The notes beneath the pieces are model-generated. The model did no database searches and was not told the DNA's origin. It saw only the letters and a list, made by a program, of their open reading frames with translations. From the human T2T-CHM13v2.0 reference genome, Homo sapiens, in NCBI RefSeq assembly GCF_009914755.1, contig NC_060926.1: 64,000 nt of DNA; one strand, given 5' to 3'. Every line of letters starts with the position of its first letter. Position 1 is the stretch's first letter. A program made the position numbers and the translations under genes. Positions 29,901 through 44,900 of this stretch are shown piece by piece.

Positions 29901-32900
29901 AAACTGCTCTATGAAAAGGAATGTTCAACTCTGTGAGTTGAATGCAAACATCACAAAGTAGCTTCTGAGAATGCTTCTGTCTGGTTTTTATGTGAAGATA
30001 ATCCTGTTTCCAGTGAAATCCTCACAGCTTTCCAAATATCCACTTGCAGATTCTACAAAAAGTGTGTTTCAAAACTGCTCTATCAAAAGAAAAGTTCTCC
30101 TCTGTGAGTTGAGTACACACATCACAAAGAAGTTTCTGAGAATTCTTTTGTCTAGTTTTTATGGGAAGATATTTCCTTTCTCACCATAGGCCTCAAAGCG
30201 CTCCAAGTTTCCACTACTGATTCTAGAAAAAGAGAGTTTCCAAACTGCTCTATGAAAAGGAATGTTCAACTCAGTGAGTTGAATGCAAGTATAACAAAGA
30301 AGTTTCTGAGAGTGCTTCTGTCTAGTTTTTATGTGAAGTTATTCCCGTGTCCAACAAAATACTCAAAACTGTCCAAATATCCACTTGTAAAGTCTACAAC
30401 AACAGTTTTTCAAAACTGCTCTATCAAAGAAAAGGTTTACCTCTGTGAGTTGAGTACACACATCACAAAGTAGTTTCTGTGAATGCTTCTGTCCACTTTT
30501 TATGTGAAGATATCTCGTTTTTCACCATAGGTCTCAAATCGCTCCAAATGTCCACAGGCGGATTTCACAAAAAGAGTGTTTCAAAACTGCTCTATGAAAG
30601 GGAATGTTCAAGTCTGTGAGTTGAATGCAAATATAACAAAGAAATTTCTGAGAATGCTTCTTTCTAGTTTTTAGGTGAGGATATTATCTTTTTCAACTAA
30701 ATCCTCAAAGCTATCCAGATATCCACTTGCAAATTCCACAAAAAGTGTGTTTCAAACCTGCTGTATCAAAAGAAAAGTTAAACTCTGTGAGTTGAGTTCA
30801 CACATCACAAAGAAGTTTTCGAGAATGCTTCTGTCTTGTTTTTATGTGAGGCTATTTCGTTTTGCACCATAGGCCCCAAAGCATTCCAAATGTACACTTA
30901 CAGATAATAGAAAAAGAGTGTTTCAAAACTTCTCTATGAAAAGGAATGTTCAACTCTGTGAGTTGAATGCAAACATCACAAAGTAGATTCTGAGAATGCT
31001 TTTGTCTGCTTCTTATGTGAAGATAATCCCGTTTCCAATGAAATCCTCAAAGCTATCCATATATCCACTTGCAGATTATACAAAAAGAGTGTTTCAAAAC
31101 TGCTGTATCAAAAGAAAGGTTCAACTCTGTGAGTTCACACATCAGAAAGAAGTTTCTGAGAATGCTTCTGTCTAGTTTTTATGTGAGGATATTTCGTTTT
31201 TCACCATAGGCCTCAAAGCGCTCCAAGTGTCCACTACCAGATACAACAAAAAGAGTGTTTCCAAACTGCTCTATGAAAAGGAATGTTTAACTCAGTGAGT
31301 CGAATGCAAGCATCACAAAGAAGTTTCGGAGAATGCTTCTGTCTAGTTTTTATGTGACGTTATTCCCGTTTCCAACGAAATACTCAAAGCTGTCCTAATA
31401 TCCACTTATAAAGTCTACAAGAACAGTGTTTCAAAACTGCTGTATCAAAGGAAATGTTTAACTCTGTGAGTTGAGTACACACATCACAAAGTAGTTTCTG
31501 AAAATGCTTCTATCCACTTTTTATGTGAAGATATTTCGTTTTTCACTAAAGGTCTCAAATCGCTCCAAATGTCCACATGCAGATTTCACAAAAAGAATGT
31601 TTCAAAACTGCTCTATGAAAGGGAATGTTCAAGTCTCTGAGTTGAATGCAAACATAACAAAGAAGTTTCTGAGAATGCTTCTGTCTAGTTTTTACGTGAA
31701 GATATTGCCGTTTCTAATGAAATCCTGAAAGCTATCAAGATATCCACTTGCAGACTCTAGAAAAAGAGTGTTTCAAAACTGCTGTATCAAAAGAAAGGTG
31801 CAACCCTGTGAGTTCAGTACACACATCGCAAGGAAGTTTCTGAGAATTCTTCTGTCTAGTTTTTATGGGAAGATATTTCCTTTTTCACCATAAGCCTCAA
31901 AGTGCTCCAAATTTCCATTTGCAGATTCTACAAAAAGAGTGTTTCAAAACTACTCTATGAAAAGGAATATTCAACTCAGTGAGTTGATTGCAAGCACCAC
32001 AAAGAAGTTTCTGAGAATGCTTCTGTCTAGTTTTTATGTGAAGATATTCCCGTGTCCAATGAGAGCTTCAAAGCTATCCAAATATCCACTTGCAGATTCT
32101 ACAAAAAGAGTGTTTCAAAAGTGCTTTATCTAAAGAAAGGTTAAACTCTGTGAGTTGAGTACACACATCACAAAGAAGTTTCTGAGAATGCTTCTGTCTA
32201 GTTTTCATGTGAGGATATTTCGTTTTTCACCATAGGCCTCAAAGCGCTCCAAATGTCCACTACCAGATACAACAAAAAGAGTGTTTCAAAACTTCTCTAT
32301 GAAAAGGAAGTTCAACTCTGTGAGTTGAATGCAAACATCACAAAGTAGTTTCTGAGAATGCTTCTGTCTGGATTTTATATGAAGATATTCCCGTTTCCAA
32401 CGAAATCCTCAAAGCTATCCAAATATCCACTTGCAGATTCTACAAAAAGTGTGTTTCAAAACTGCTCTATCAAAAGAAAAGTTCAGCTGTGTGAACTGAG
32501 TACACCCATCACAAAGAATTTTCTGAAAATTCTTCCGTCTAGTTTTTATTTGAAGATATTTCCTTTTTCACCATAGGCCTCAAAGCACTCCAAGTTTCCA
32601 CTTAAAATTCTACAAAAAGAGTGTTCCCTAACTGCTCAATAAAAAGGAATGTTCATCTCAATCAGTTGAATGCAAGCATCAGAAATAAGTTTCTGAGAAT
32701 GGCTCTGTGTAGTTTTTATGTGGAGGTATTCCGTTTTCAACGAAATCCTCACAGCTATCAAAATATGCACTTGCACATTCCACAAAAACTGTGTTTGAAA
32801 ACTGCTGTATCAAAAGAAAGGTTCCACTCTGTGAGTTGAGTACACACATCACAAAGAAGTTTCTGAGAATCCTGTCTAGTTTTTATGTGAAGATATTCCC

Positions 32901-35900
32901 GTTCCAACAAAATCCTCACAGCTATCCAAATATCCACTTGCAGACTCTACAAAAAGAGTGTTTCAAAACTGCTCTATCAAAAGAAAAGTTCAACTCTGTG
33001 AGTTGAGTACACACTTCACAAAGAAGTTTCTGAGAATGCTTCTGTCTAGTTTTTATGAGAAGATATACCTGTTTGCAGCAAAGGCCTCAAAAATGTCCAA
33101 ATATCGATTTGCAAATTCTACAAAAAAAGTGTTTCCAATCTGCTCTATTAAAGGAAAGTTTCAAATCAGTGAGTTGAATGCATACATTCCAAAGCGTTTT
33201 CTGAGAATGCTTCTCCCCAAATATATGAGAAGATATTCCCGTTTGCAACGAAATCCACAATGCTGTCCGAATAGCCACTTGTTAATTCTGCAAGAAGAGT
33301 TTTTCAAAACTGCTGTAACAAAGGAAAGGTTTAACTCTCTGAGTTGAGTACACACATCAGAAATTAGTTTCTGAGAATGACTGTGTCTACTTTTTATGTG
33401 AAGATATTTCCTTTTTCACCATAGGTCTCAAATCGCACAAAATGTCCACTTGCAGATACTACAAAAAGAGTGTTTCAAAACTGCTCTATGTAAAGGAATG
33501 TTCAACTCTTTGATTTGAATGCAAACATCACCAAGAAGTTTCTGAGAATGCTTCTGTCTAGTTTTTATGGGAAGATATTCCCGTTTCCAACGAAAGCCTC
33601 TAAGCTTTCCAAATATCCACTTGCAGATTCTACAAAAAGAGTGTTTCAAAACTGCTGTATCGAAAGAAAGGTTCAACTCTGTGAGTTGAGTACACACATC
33701 ACAAAATAGTTTCTGAGAATGCCTCTGTCTATATTTTATGTGAAGATATTTCCTCTTTCACCATAGGCCTCAAAGCGCTCCAAATGTCCCCTTCCAGACA
33801 CTACAAAAAGAGTGTTACAAAACTGCTCTATGAAAGGGAATGTTCAACTCCGTGAGATGAATGCAAACAGCACAAAGAAGTTTCTGAGATAACTTCTGTC
33901 TAGTTTTTATGAGAAGATATTCCCGTTTCCAGTGAAATCCCCAATACTATCCAAATATCCAATTGCAGACTCTACAAAAAGAGTGTTTCCAAACTGCTCT
34001 ATCAATAGTAAAGTTCAAATTTGTGAGTTGCGTACACACATCACAAAGAAGTTTCTGACAATGCTTCTGTCTAGTTTTTATGTGAAGAGATTTCCTTTTT
34101 CACCCTAGGCCTCAAAGCGCTCCAAACGTCCCCTTCCAGATACTACAAAAAGAGTGTTTTAAAATTGTTCTATCAAAGGGAGTGTTCAACTCTGTGAGTT
34201 GAATGCAAACATCACAGAGACGTTTCTGAGAATGCTTCCGTCTAGTGTTTATGTGAAGATATTCCCATTTCCAACGAAATCCTCATAGCTGTTATAATAT
34301 CTAATTGTAAAATGTAGAAGAACAGTGTTTCAAAACTGCTGTATCTAAAGAAAGGTTCAATTGCGTGAGTTGAGTACACATATCAAAAAGAAGTTTCTGA
34401 GAATGCTTCTGTCTAGTTTTTATGTGAAGATATTGCCCTTTATAATGAAAGCTTCAAAGCTATCCAAATATCCACTTGCAGATTCAACAAAAAGTGTTTC
34501 AAAAGTGCTGTATCAAAAGAAAGGATAAACTCTGTGCGTTGAGTACACACATCACAAAGAAGTTTCTGAGAATGCTTCTGTCTAGTTTTTATGTGAGGAT
34601 ATTTCGTTTTTCACCATTGGCCTCAAAGCGCTCCAAATGTCCACTGCCAGAGACAACCAAAAGAGTGTTTCAAAACTTGTCTATGAAAAGGAATGTTCAA
34701 CTCTGTGAGTTGAATGCAAACATCACCAAGTAGTTTCTGAGAATGCTTCTGTCTCGTTTTTATGTGAAGATATTACCGTTTCTAATGAAATCCTCAAAGC
34801 AATCCAAATATGCACTTCCAGACTCTACAAAAAGAAGGTTTCAAAACTGCTCTATTAAAAGAAATCTTCAACTCTGCGAGTTGAGTACACACATCACAAA
34901 GCAGTTTCTGAGAATTCTTCTGTCTAGTTTTTATGGGAAGATATTACCTTTTTCACCATAGGCCTCAAAGCGCTTCAAGTTTCCACTTACAGATTCTAAA
35001 AATGACTGTTTGAAAACTGCTCTATGAAAAGGAATGTTCATCTCTGTGAGTTGAATGCAAGCTTCATGAAGAAGTTTCTGAGAATGCTTTTGTCTAGTTT
35101 TTATGTGAATATATAACCGTTTCCAGCGAAGGCCTCAAAGCGGTCCAAATATCCACTTGCGAATTCTACAAAAAGAGTGTTTCCAATCTGCTCTATCAAA
35201 AGAAAGTTTGAACTCTGTGAGTTGAATGCACACATCACAAACTAGTTTCTGAGAATGCTTCTGTCTAGTTTTTATGTGAAGATATTTCTTTTTCCACCAT
35301 AGGCCTCAAAGCGCTCCAAATGTCCACTTCCAGATACTACAAAAAGAGTGTTTCAAAACTGCTCTATCGAAAGAAAATTTCAACTCTGTGAGTTGAGTAC
35401 TCACATCACAAAGGAGTTTCTGAGAATTCTTCTGTTTAGTTTCAATGGGAAGTTATTTCCTTTTTCAGCATAGGCCTCAAAGCCATCCATGTTTCCTCTT
35501 ACAAATTCTACAAAAATAGTGTTTCAAAACTGCTGTATGAAAAGGAATGTTCAACTCAGTGAGCTGAATGCAAGCATCACAAAGAAGTTTCTGAGAATGC
35601 TTCTGTCTAGTTTTTATGTGAACATATTGCCGTTTCCATCGAAAGCCCCAAGGCTATCCAAATATCCAATTGCAGATTCTACAAAAAGAGTGTTCCAGAA
35701 ATGCTGTATAAAAAGCAAGGTTCAACTCTATGAGTTTGGGTACACACATCACAAAGAAGTTTCTGAGAATGCTTCTGTCTAGTTTTTATGTGAAGATGTT
35801 TCCTTTTCCACCACAGGCCTCAAAGCACTCCAAATGTCCTCTTCCAGATCCTACAAAAAGAGTGTTTCAAAACTGCTATATGAAAGGGAATGTTCAACTC

Positions 35901-38900
35901 TGTCAGTTGAATGCAAACATAACAAAGAAGTTTCTGAAAATGCTTCTGTCTAGTTTTTATGTGAAGATATTCCCATTTCCAACGAAAGAATCAAAGCAAT
36001 CCAAATATCCACTTTGAGATTCTACAAAAAGAGTGTTTCAAAACTACTGTATTAAAAGAAAAGTTCAACTTCATGAGTTGAGTACATCCATCACAAAGAA
36101 GTTTCTGAGAATACTTCTGTCCAGTTTTTATGTGAAGCTATTTCCTTTTTCACCATAGGCCTGGAAGCTCTCCAAATTTGCACATACAGATCCTTCAAAA
36201 AGAGTGTTTCAGAACTGCTCTATGAAAAGGAATGTACAACTCTGTGAGTTGAATGCAAGCATCAGTAAGAAGTTTCTGAGAATGCTTCTGTCTAGTTTTT
36301 ATGTGAGGATATACCCGTTTCCAGCGATGGCCTCAAAGCTGTCCAAATATCCACTTGCAAATTCTACAAAAAGAGTGTTTCCAATCTGCTCTATCAAAAG
36401 AAAGTTTGAACTCCGTCAGGTGAATGCACACATCACAAACTAGTTTCTGAGAATGCTTCTGTCTAATTTTATGTGAAGATAGTCCCGTTTCTAACGAAAT
36501 CCTCAGTGCTGTCCATAAGATATTTCCTTTTTCATCATAGGCCTCAAAGAACAACAAATGTCCACTTGCAGATTACACAAAAAGAGTGTGTCAAAACTGC
36601 TCTATAAAAGAAGGGTTCAAATCTGTGAGTTAAATGCACACATCACAAAGAAGTTTCTGAGAATGCTTCTGTTATTTTTTATGTGAAGATATTCCCGTTT
36701 TGAATGAAGGCCTCAAAGCACTCAGGATGACCACTTGCAGATTCTACAATAAGAGTTTTTCAAAACTGCTCTATGAAAAGGAATGTTCAACTCTTTGAGT
36801 TGAATGCAAACATCACAAAGATGTTTCTGAGAATGCTTCTGTCTAGTTTTTATGTGAAGTTATTTCCATTTTCTCTATAGGCCTCAAAGCTGTCCAAATG
36901 TCCACTTGCAGATACTACAAAAAGAGTGTTTCAAAAGTGCTCAATGAAAAGGAATGTTCAACTCTGTGAGTTTAATGCAAACATCACAAATATGTTTCTG
37001 AGAACGCTTCTGTCTAGTTTTTATGGGAAGATACTCCCGTGTCCAGCGAAGGCTTCAAAGCTTTCGAAATATCCACTTGCAAATTCTACAAAAAGAGTGT
37101 TTCAAAGCTGCTTTATCAAAAGAAAGTTTCAACTCTGTGAGTTGAATGCGCACATCACAAAGAAGTTTCTGAGAATGCCTTCAGTCTGGTTTTTATGTGA
37201 AGATATTCCCGTTTCCATCGAAAGCTTCACACGTGGTCCTAATATCCACTTTTATATTCTACAAGAAGAGGGTTTCAAAACTGATGTATCAAAAGAAATG
37301 TTTAACTCTGTGAGTTGAATACACATATCACAAAGAAGTTTCTGCTAATGCTTCTGTCTAGTTTTTATGTGAAGATATTTCCTTTTTCACCATAGGCCTC
37401 AAAGCGCTCCAAATGTCCACTTGCAGTTAATATAAAAAGAGTTTTTCAAAACTGCTCTATGAAAAGGAATGTTCAACTTTGTGAATTGAATGAAAACATC
37501 ACAAAGAAGTTTCTGAGAATTCTTCTGTCTAGATTTTATGTGAAGATATTCCCGTTTCCAATGAATGCCTCAAAGCTGTCCAAATATCAACTTGCAGATT
37601 CTACAAAGAGAGTGTTTCAAAACTGCTCTATCAAAAGAAGGGTTCAACTCTGTGAGTTAAATGCACACATCACAAAGAAGTTTCTGACAATGCTTCTGTA
37701 TAGTTTTCATGTGAAGATACTCCCATTTCCAAAGAAGGTCACAAAGCGCTCCAAGTGTCCACTTGCAGATTCCACTTAAAGAGTGTTTGACAACTGCTCT
37801 ATCAAAAGAAATGTTCAACTCTGTGAGTTGAGTGCACACATCACAAAGAAGTTTCTGAGAATGATCCTGTCTAGTTTTTATGTGAAGATATTTCCTTTTT
37901 CACCATAAACCTCAAACACACCAAATGTCCACTTGCAGATTCTACAAAGAGAGTGTTTCAAAACTGCTCTATCAAAAGAAGAATTCAAATCTGTGAGTTG
38001 AAAGGACACATCAGAAAGAAGTTTCTGATAATGCTTCTGTCTAGTTTTATGTGAAGATATTCCCGTTTCGAGCAAAGGCCTCAGAGCGCTCCAAAGGTCC
38101 ACTTGGAGATTCTACAAAAGGAGTGTTTCAAATCTGCTCTATGAAAAGGAATTTTCAACTCTGTGAGTTGAATGTACACATCACAGAGAAGTTTCTGAGA
38201 ATGCTTCTGTCTCATTTTTATTTGAAGATATTTTCTTTATCACCATAGGACTCAAAGCGCTCCAAATGTCAACTTGCAGATACTATAAAAAGAATGTTTC
38301 AAAACTACTCTATAGAAACGAATGTTCAACTCTTTGAGTTCAATGCAAACATCAAAAAGATGTTTCCGAGAAAGCTTCTGTCTAGTTTTTATGTGAAGAT
38401 ACTCCCGATTCAAGCGAAAGCCTCAAAGTTGTTGAAATATCCACTTGCAAATTCCACAAAAGCAGTGTTTCAAATCTACTCTATCAAAATAAAAGTTTCA
38501 ACTCTGTGAGTTGAATGCAAACATCACAAAGAAGTTTCTGAGAATGCTTCTGTCTAGTTTTTTGTGAAGTTATTCCCGTTTCCAATGAAGGCCACACAGC
38601 GCTCCAAATGACCACTTGCAGATTCCACAAAAAGAGTGTTTCAAAACTGCTCTGTGAAAAGAAAGGTTCAACTCTGTGAGTTGAGTGCACACATCACAAA
38701 CAAGTTTCTGAGAATGCTTCTGTCTAGTTTTTATGTGAAGTTATTACCGTTTCCAATGAAAGCCTCAAACCTGTCCAAATATTCATTTGCAGTTTCCACA
38801 AAGACAGTGTTTCAAAACTGCTTTATCAAAAGAAAGGTTCAACTCTGTGAGTTGAGTACACACATCACAAAGAAGTTTCTGAGAATGATTCTGTAAAGTT

Positions 38901-41900
38901 TTTATGTGAAGATATTTCCGTTTCCAACGAAGGCTTCAAAGCGTTCCAAATGTCCACTTGCAGATTCTACAAAAAGACTGTTTAAAAACGCTCCATCAAA
39001 GGAAATTTTCAACTCTTTTTGTTGAGTGCGCACATCACAAAGATGTTTCTGATAATGATTCTGCCTAGTTTTTATGTGAAGACATTTCCTTTTTATCCAG
39101 AGGCCTAAAAGCACTCCAAATATCCACTAGCAGATACTACAGAGTGTTTCAATACTGCTCTATTGAAAGGAATGTTCAACTATGTGAGTTGAATGTAAAC
39201 ATCACAAAGATGTTTCTGAGAATACTTCTGTCTAGTTTTTATGTGAAGATATCCCCGTTTCCAGTGAAGGCGACAAAGCTGTCCAAATATCCACTTGCAA
39301 ATTCTACAAAAAGAGTGTTTCAAATCTGCTCTATCAAAAGAAAGTTTCAACTCTTTGAGTTGAATACACACATCACAAAGAAGTTCCTGAAAATGCTTCG
39401 GTCTAGTTTTTATGTGAAGATATTCCCTTTTCCAAGGAAAGCCTCAAAGCTGTCCAAATATCCACTTGTAAATGCTGCAAAAAGAGTGTTTCAAAACTGC
39501 TACAGCAAAAGAAAGGTTCATCTCTGTGAGTTGAGTACACACATCAAGAAGAAATTTCTGAGAATGCTTCTGTCTAGTTTTTATGTGAAGATATTTCCTT
39601 TGTCACCATAGGCCTCCAAGCGCTCCGAATGTCCACTTGCAGATGCTACAAAAAGAGTGTTTCAAAACTGCTCTATGAAAAGGAATGTGCAAATCTGTGA
39701 GATAAATGCAAACATCACAAAGAAGTCTTTGAGAATGCTTCTGTCTAGTTTGTATGTTAAGATATTTCCCATTTCACCATACGTCTTAACGCACACCAAA
39801 TGTCCACTTGTAGATGCTACAAAGAGAGTGTTTCAAAACTTCTAGATCAAAAGAAGTGTTCAACTCTGTGAGTTGAGGACACACATCAGAAAGAAGTTTC
39901 TGAGAATGCTTCTGTCTAGTTTTTATGTGAAGATATTTCCTTTTTCACCATAGGCCTCAAAGCGCTTCAAATGTCCATTGCAGATTCTACAAAAAGAGTG
40001 TTTCAAAACTGCTCTATGAAAAGGAATGTTCAACTCTGTGAGTTGAATGCAAACGTCACAAAGAAGTTTCTGAGAATGCTTCTGTCTAGTTTTTATGGGA
40101 GGATATTTCCTTTTTCAACATAGGCCTCAAAGTGCTCCAAATGTCCACTTGCAGAATCTACAAAAAGAGTTTTTCAAAACTCCTCTAAGAAAAGGAATGT
40201 TCAACTCCATGAATTTAATGCAAAGATCACAAAGAAGTTTCTGAGAATGCTTCTGTCTAGTTTTTACCTGAAGATACTTCCGTTTCCAGTGAAGGCTTGA
40301 AAGCTGTCCAAATATCCACTTGCAAATTCTCAAAAAGAGTGTTTAAAAGCTGCTCTATCAGTAGAAAGTTTCACCTCTGTGAGTTGAATGCGCACATCAC
40401 ACAGAAGTTTCTGAGAATGCTTCTGTCTGGTTTTTATGTGAAGATATTCCCGTTTCCAACCAAAGCCTCAAAGCTGTCCAAATATCCATTTGCAGATTCT
40501 ACAAGGAGAGTGTTTAAAAACTGCCCTATAAAAAGAAAGGTTCTACTCTGTGAGTGGAGTACACACATCACAAAGAAGTTTCTGAGAATGCTTCTGTCTA
40601 GTTTTTATGTGAAAATATTTCGTTTTCCAAAATAGGCCTCAAAGCGCTCCAAATGTCCACTTGCAGATTCTACAAAAAGAGTGTTTCAAAACTGCTCTAT
40701 GAAAAGGAATGTTCAACTCTGTGAGTTGAAGGCAAACTTCACAAAGAAGTTTCTGAGGAATGCTTCTCTCTAGTTTTTATGTGAAGATATTCCCGTTTCC
40801 GACGGAAGCCTCAAAGCTATCCAAATATCCACTTGCAGATTATACAAAAAAGGGTTTCAAACTGCTCTGTCAAAACAAAGATTCAACTCTGTGTGTTGAG
40901 TACACACATCACAAAGAAGTTTCTGAGAATGCTTCTATCTAGTTTTAATGTGAACATCTTTCCTTATTCACAATGGGTCCCAAAACGCTGCAAATGTCCA
41001 CTTGCAGATTCTACAAAAAGCGTTTTTCAAAACTGCTCTATGAAAAGGAATGTTCAACTCTGTGAGTTAAACCAAACATCACAAAGAAGTTTCTGAGAAT
41101 GATTCTGTCTAGTTTTTATGTGAAGATAAACTCATTTCCTGGGAAGGCTTCAAAGCTGTCCAAATATCCACTTGCAAATTCTACAAAAAGAGTGTTTCAA
41201 AACTGCTCTATCAAAGGAAAGTTCCAACAGCACACATCACAAAGATGTTTCTGAGAATGCTTCTGTCTACAATTTATGTGAAGATATTCCAGCGAATATC
41301 TTCAGGATTTCCAATGGAAGCCTGAAAGCTGTCTTAATATCCACTTGTAAATTCTACAAGAAGTGTGTTTCAAGACTGCTCTATCAAAGAAAGGTTTAAC
41401 TCTGTGAGTTGAGTACACACTTCACAAAGAAGTTTCTGAGAATGCTTCTGTCTAGTTTTTATGTGAAGATATTTCCTTTTTCACCTTAGGCCTCAAAGCA
41501 CTCCGAATGTCCTCAGGCAGATTCCACAAAAAGAGCATATCAAAACTGCTCTATGAAAAGGAATCTTCAACTCTGTGAGTTGAATGCAAACATCGCAAAG
41601 AAGTTTCTGAGAATGCTTCTGTCTAGTTTTTATGTGAAGATAGTCCCGTTTCCAACGAAAACCTCAAAGCTGTCCAAATATCCATTAACAGATTCTACAG
41701 AGTGTGTTTCAAAACTGCTTTATCAAAAGAAAAGTTCAACTCTGTGAGTTGAATGCAAACCTCACAAAGAAGTTTCTGAGAATGCTTCCTTCTAGTTTTT
41801 ATGTGAAGATATTCCCGTTTCCAAAGAATACCTCAAAGTGCTCCAAATGTCCACTTGCAGGATTCACAAAAATAGTGTTTCAAAACTGCTCTATCAAATG

Positions 41901-44900
41901 AAAAGTTCAACTCTGTGAGTTTAGTGTACACATCACAAATAAGTTTCTTAGAATGCTCCTGTCTAGTTTTCATGTGAAGATATTTCCTTTTTTACCACAG
42001 GCCTCAAAGTGCTCCAAATGTCCGCTTGCAGATTCTACAAAAAGAGTGTTTCAAAACTGCTCTATGAAAAAGAATGATCAACTCTGAGAGTTGAAGGCAA
42101 ACATCACAGAGAAGTTTCTGAGAGTGCTTCTGTCTAGTTTTTATGAGAAGATATTCCCGTTTCCAATGAAAGACTCAAAGCTGTCCAAATATACACCTGC
42201 AGATTCTACAAGGGAGTGTTTCAAAACTGTTCTATCAAAAGAAATGTTCAACTCTGTGAGTGGAGTACACACATCACAAAGAAGTTTCTGAGAATGATTC
42301 TGTCTAGTTTTTATGCGAAGGTATTTCATTTTTCACCACAGGCCTCAAGTTGCTCCAAATGTCCACTAGCAGATTCTACAAAAAGAGTGTTTCAAAACAG
42401 CTCTATGAAAAGGAATGTTCAACTCTTTGAGTTGAATGCAAACCTCCCAAGGAAGTGTCTGAGAATCCTTCCATCTAGTTTTTATGTGAAGATACTCCCG
42501 TTTCCAGCAAAGGCTTCAAAGCTGTCCAAATATCCACTTGCAAATTTTACAGAAAGTTTGTTTCAAAGCTGCTCTATCAAAAGAAAGTTTCAAGTCTGTG
42601 AGATGAATGCGCGTAAAACAAAGATGTTCCTGAGAATGCTTCTGTCTGGTTTTTATGTGAAGACATTCCCGTTTCCAACAAAAGCCTCAAAGCTTTCCTA
42701 ATATCCACTTATAAATTCTGCAAGAAGAGTGTTTCAAAACTGCTCTATCAAAAGAAAGGTGTAACTGAGTCAGTTGAGTACACACATCAAAAATAAGTTT
42801 CTGAGAATGCTTCTGTCTAGTTTTTATGTGAAGATATTTCCTTTTTCTCCATAGGCCTCAAAGCACACCAGATGTCCACTTGCAGATTCTACAATGAGAG
42901 TGTTTCAAAACTGCTCTATCAAAAGAAGGGTTCAACTATGTGAGTTGAAAGCACATATCCCAAAGTAGTTTCTGATAAAGCTTCTGTCCAGTTTTTATGG
43001 GAAGATATTCCCGTTTCGAGCGAAGGCCCCAAAGTGCTCCAAATGTCCATTGGAGATTCTACAAAAAGAGAGATTCAAAACTGCTGTATGAAAAGGATTG
43101 TTCAACTCTGTGAGTTGAATGCACACATCACAAAGAAGTTTCTGAGAATGCTTCTGTCTAGTTTTTATGTGAAGATATTTCCTTTTTCACCATAGGCCTC
43201 AAAGCGCTCCAAATGTCCACTTGCAGATACTACAAAGAGTGTTTCAAAACTGCTGTATGAAGAGGAATGTTCAAATCTGTGAGTTGAATGCAAACATCAC
43301 AAAGAAGTTTCTGAGAATGCTTCTGTCTAGTTTTTATGTGAAGATATTCCCATTTCCAACAAAAGCCTCAAAGGTGTCCAAATATCCATTAGCAGATTCT
43401 ACAAAGAGAGTGTTTCAAAACTTCTCTATCAAAAGAAAAGTTCAACTCTGTGAGTTGAGTACACACATCAAAAAGAAGTTTTTAAGAATGCTTCTGTCTA
43501 GTTTTTATGTGAAGATATTCCCGTTTCTAACGAAGGCCTCAAGCACTCCAAGTCTCCACTTGCAGATTTTACAAAAAGAGTGTTGCAAAACTGCTCTATG
43601 AAAAGGAACGTTCAACTCTATGAGTTGAATGCAAACATCAAAAAGAAGTTTCCTAGAATGCTTTTGTCTAGTTTTATGTGAAGATACTCCCGTTTCCAGC
43701 GAAAGCTTCAAAGCTGTCCAAATATCCACTTGAAAATTCTACAAAAAGAGTGTTTCGAACCTGCTCTATCAAAGGAAAGTTTCAACTCCGTGAGTTGAAT
43801 GCACAAATCACAAAGAAGTTTCTGTGAAAGCTTCTGTCTGGTTTTTATTTGAAGATATTCCCATTTCCAACGAAAGCCACAAAGCTGTCCAAATATCCAC
43901 TTATAAATTCTACAAGAAGAGTGTTTCAAAACTGCTCTATCAAAAGAAAGGTTTCACACTGTGAGTGGAGTACACACATCACAAAGAAGTTTCTGAGAAT
44001 GCTTCTGTCTAGTTTTTATGTGAAAATATTTCCTTTTTCACCATAGGCCTCAAGCACTCCAAATGTCTACTTGCAGATACTACAAAAAGATTTTTTCAAA
44101 CTGCTCTATGAAAAGGAATATTCAACCCTGTTGAATGCAAACATCACAAAGAAGTTTCTGAGAATGCTTTGTCTAGTTTTTATGTGAAGATACCCCCGTT
44201 TCCAGCGAAGGCTTCAAAGCTGTCCAAATATCCGCTTGCAAATTCTAAAACAAGAGTGTTTCAAAGCTGCTTTATCAAAGGAAATTTCAACTCTGTGAGT
44301 TGAATGCGCACATCACAAAGAAGTTTCTGAGAATGCTTCTGTCTGGTTTTAATGTGAAGATATTCCCGTTTCCAACGAAAGCCTCAAAGCTGTCTTAATA
44401 TCCACCTGTAAATTCTACAAGAATAGTGTTTCAAAACTGCTGTATCAAAAGAAAGGTTTACCTTTCTGAGTTGAGTACACACATTACAAACAAGTTCCTG
44501 AGAATGTTTCTCTCTGGTTTTTATGTGGAGATAATCCCGTTTCCAGTGAAGGCCTCAAAGCTCTTCAAATATCCACTTGCAAATTCTACAAAAAGAGTGT
44601 TTCCAATCTGCTATATCAAAATAAAGTTTCAACACTATGGGTTGAATGCACACATCACAAAGAAGATTCTGAGAATGCTTCTGTCTATTTTTCATGTGAA
44701 GATATTCCCGTTTCCAATGAAAGCCTCAAAGCTGTCTTATATCCACTTGCAAATTCTACAAAAATAGTGTTTCAAAACTGCTCTATCAAATGAATGGTTC
44801 AACTCTGGGAGTTGAGTACACTCATCACAAAGAAGTTTCTGAGAATGCTTCTCTCTTGTTTTTATGTGAAGATATTTCCTTTTTCACCATAGGCCTCAAA

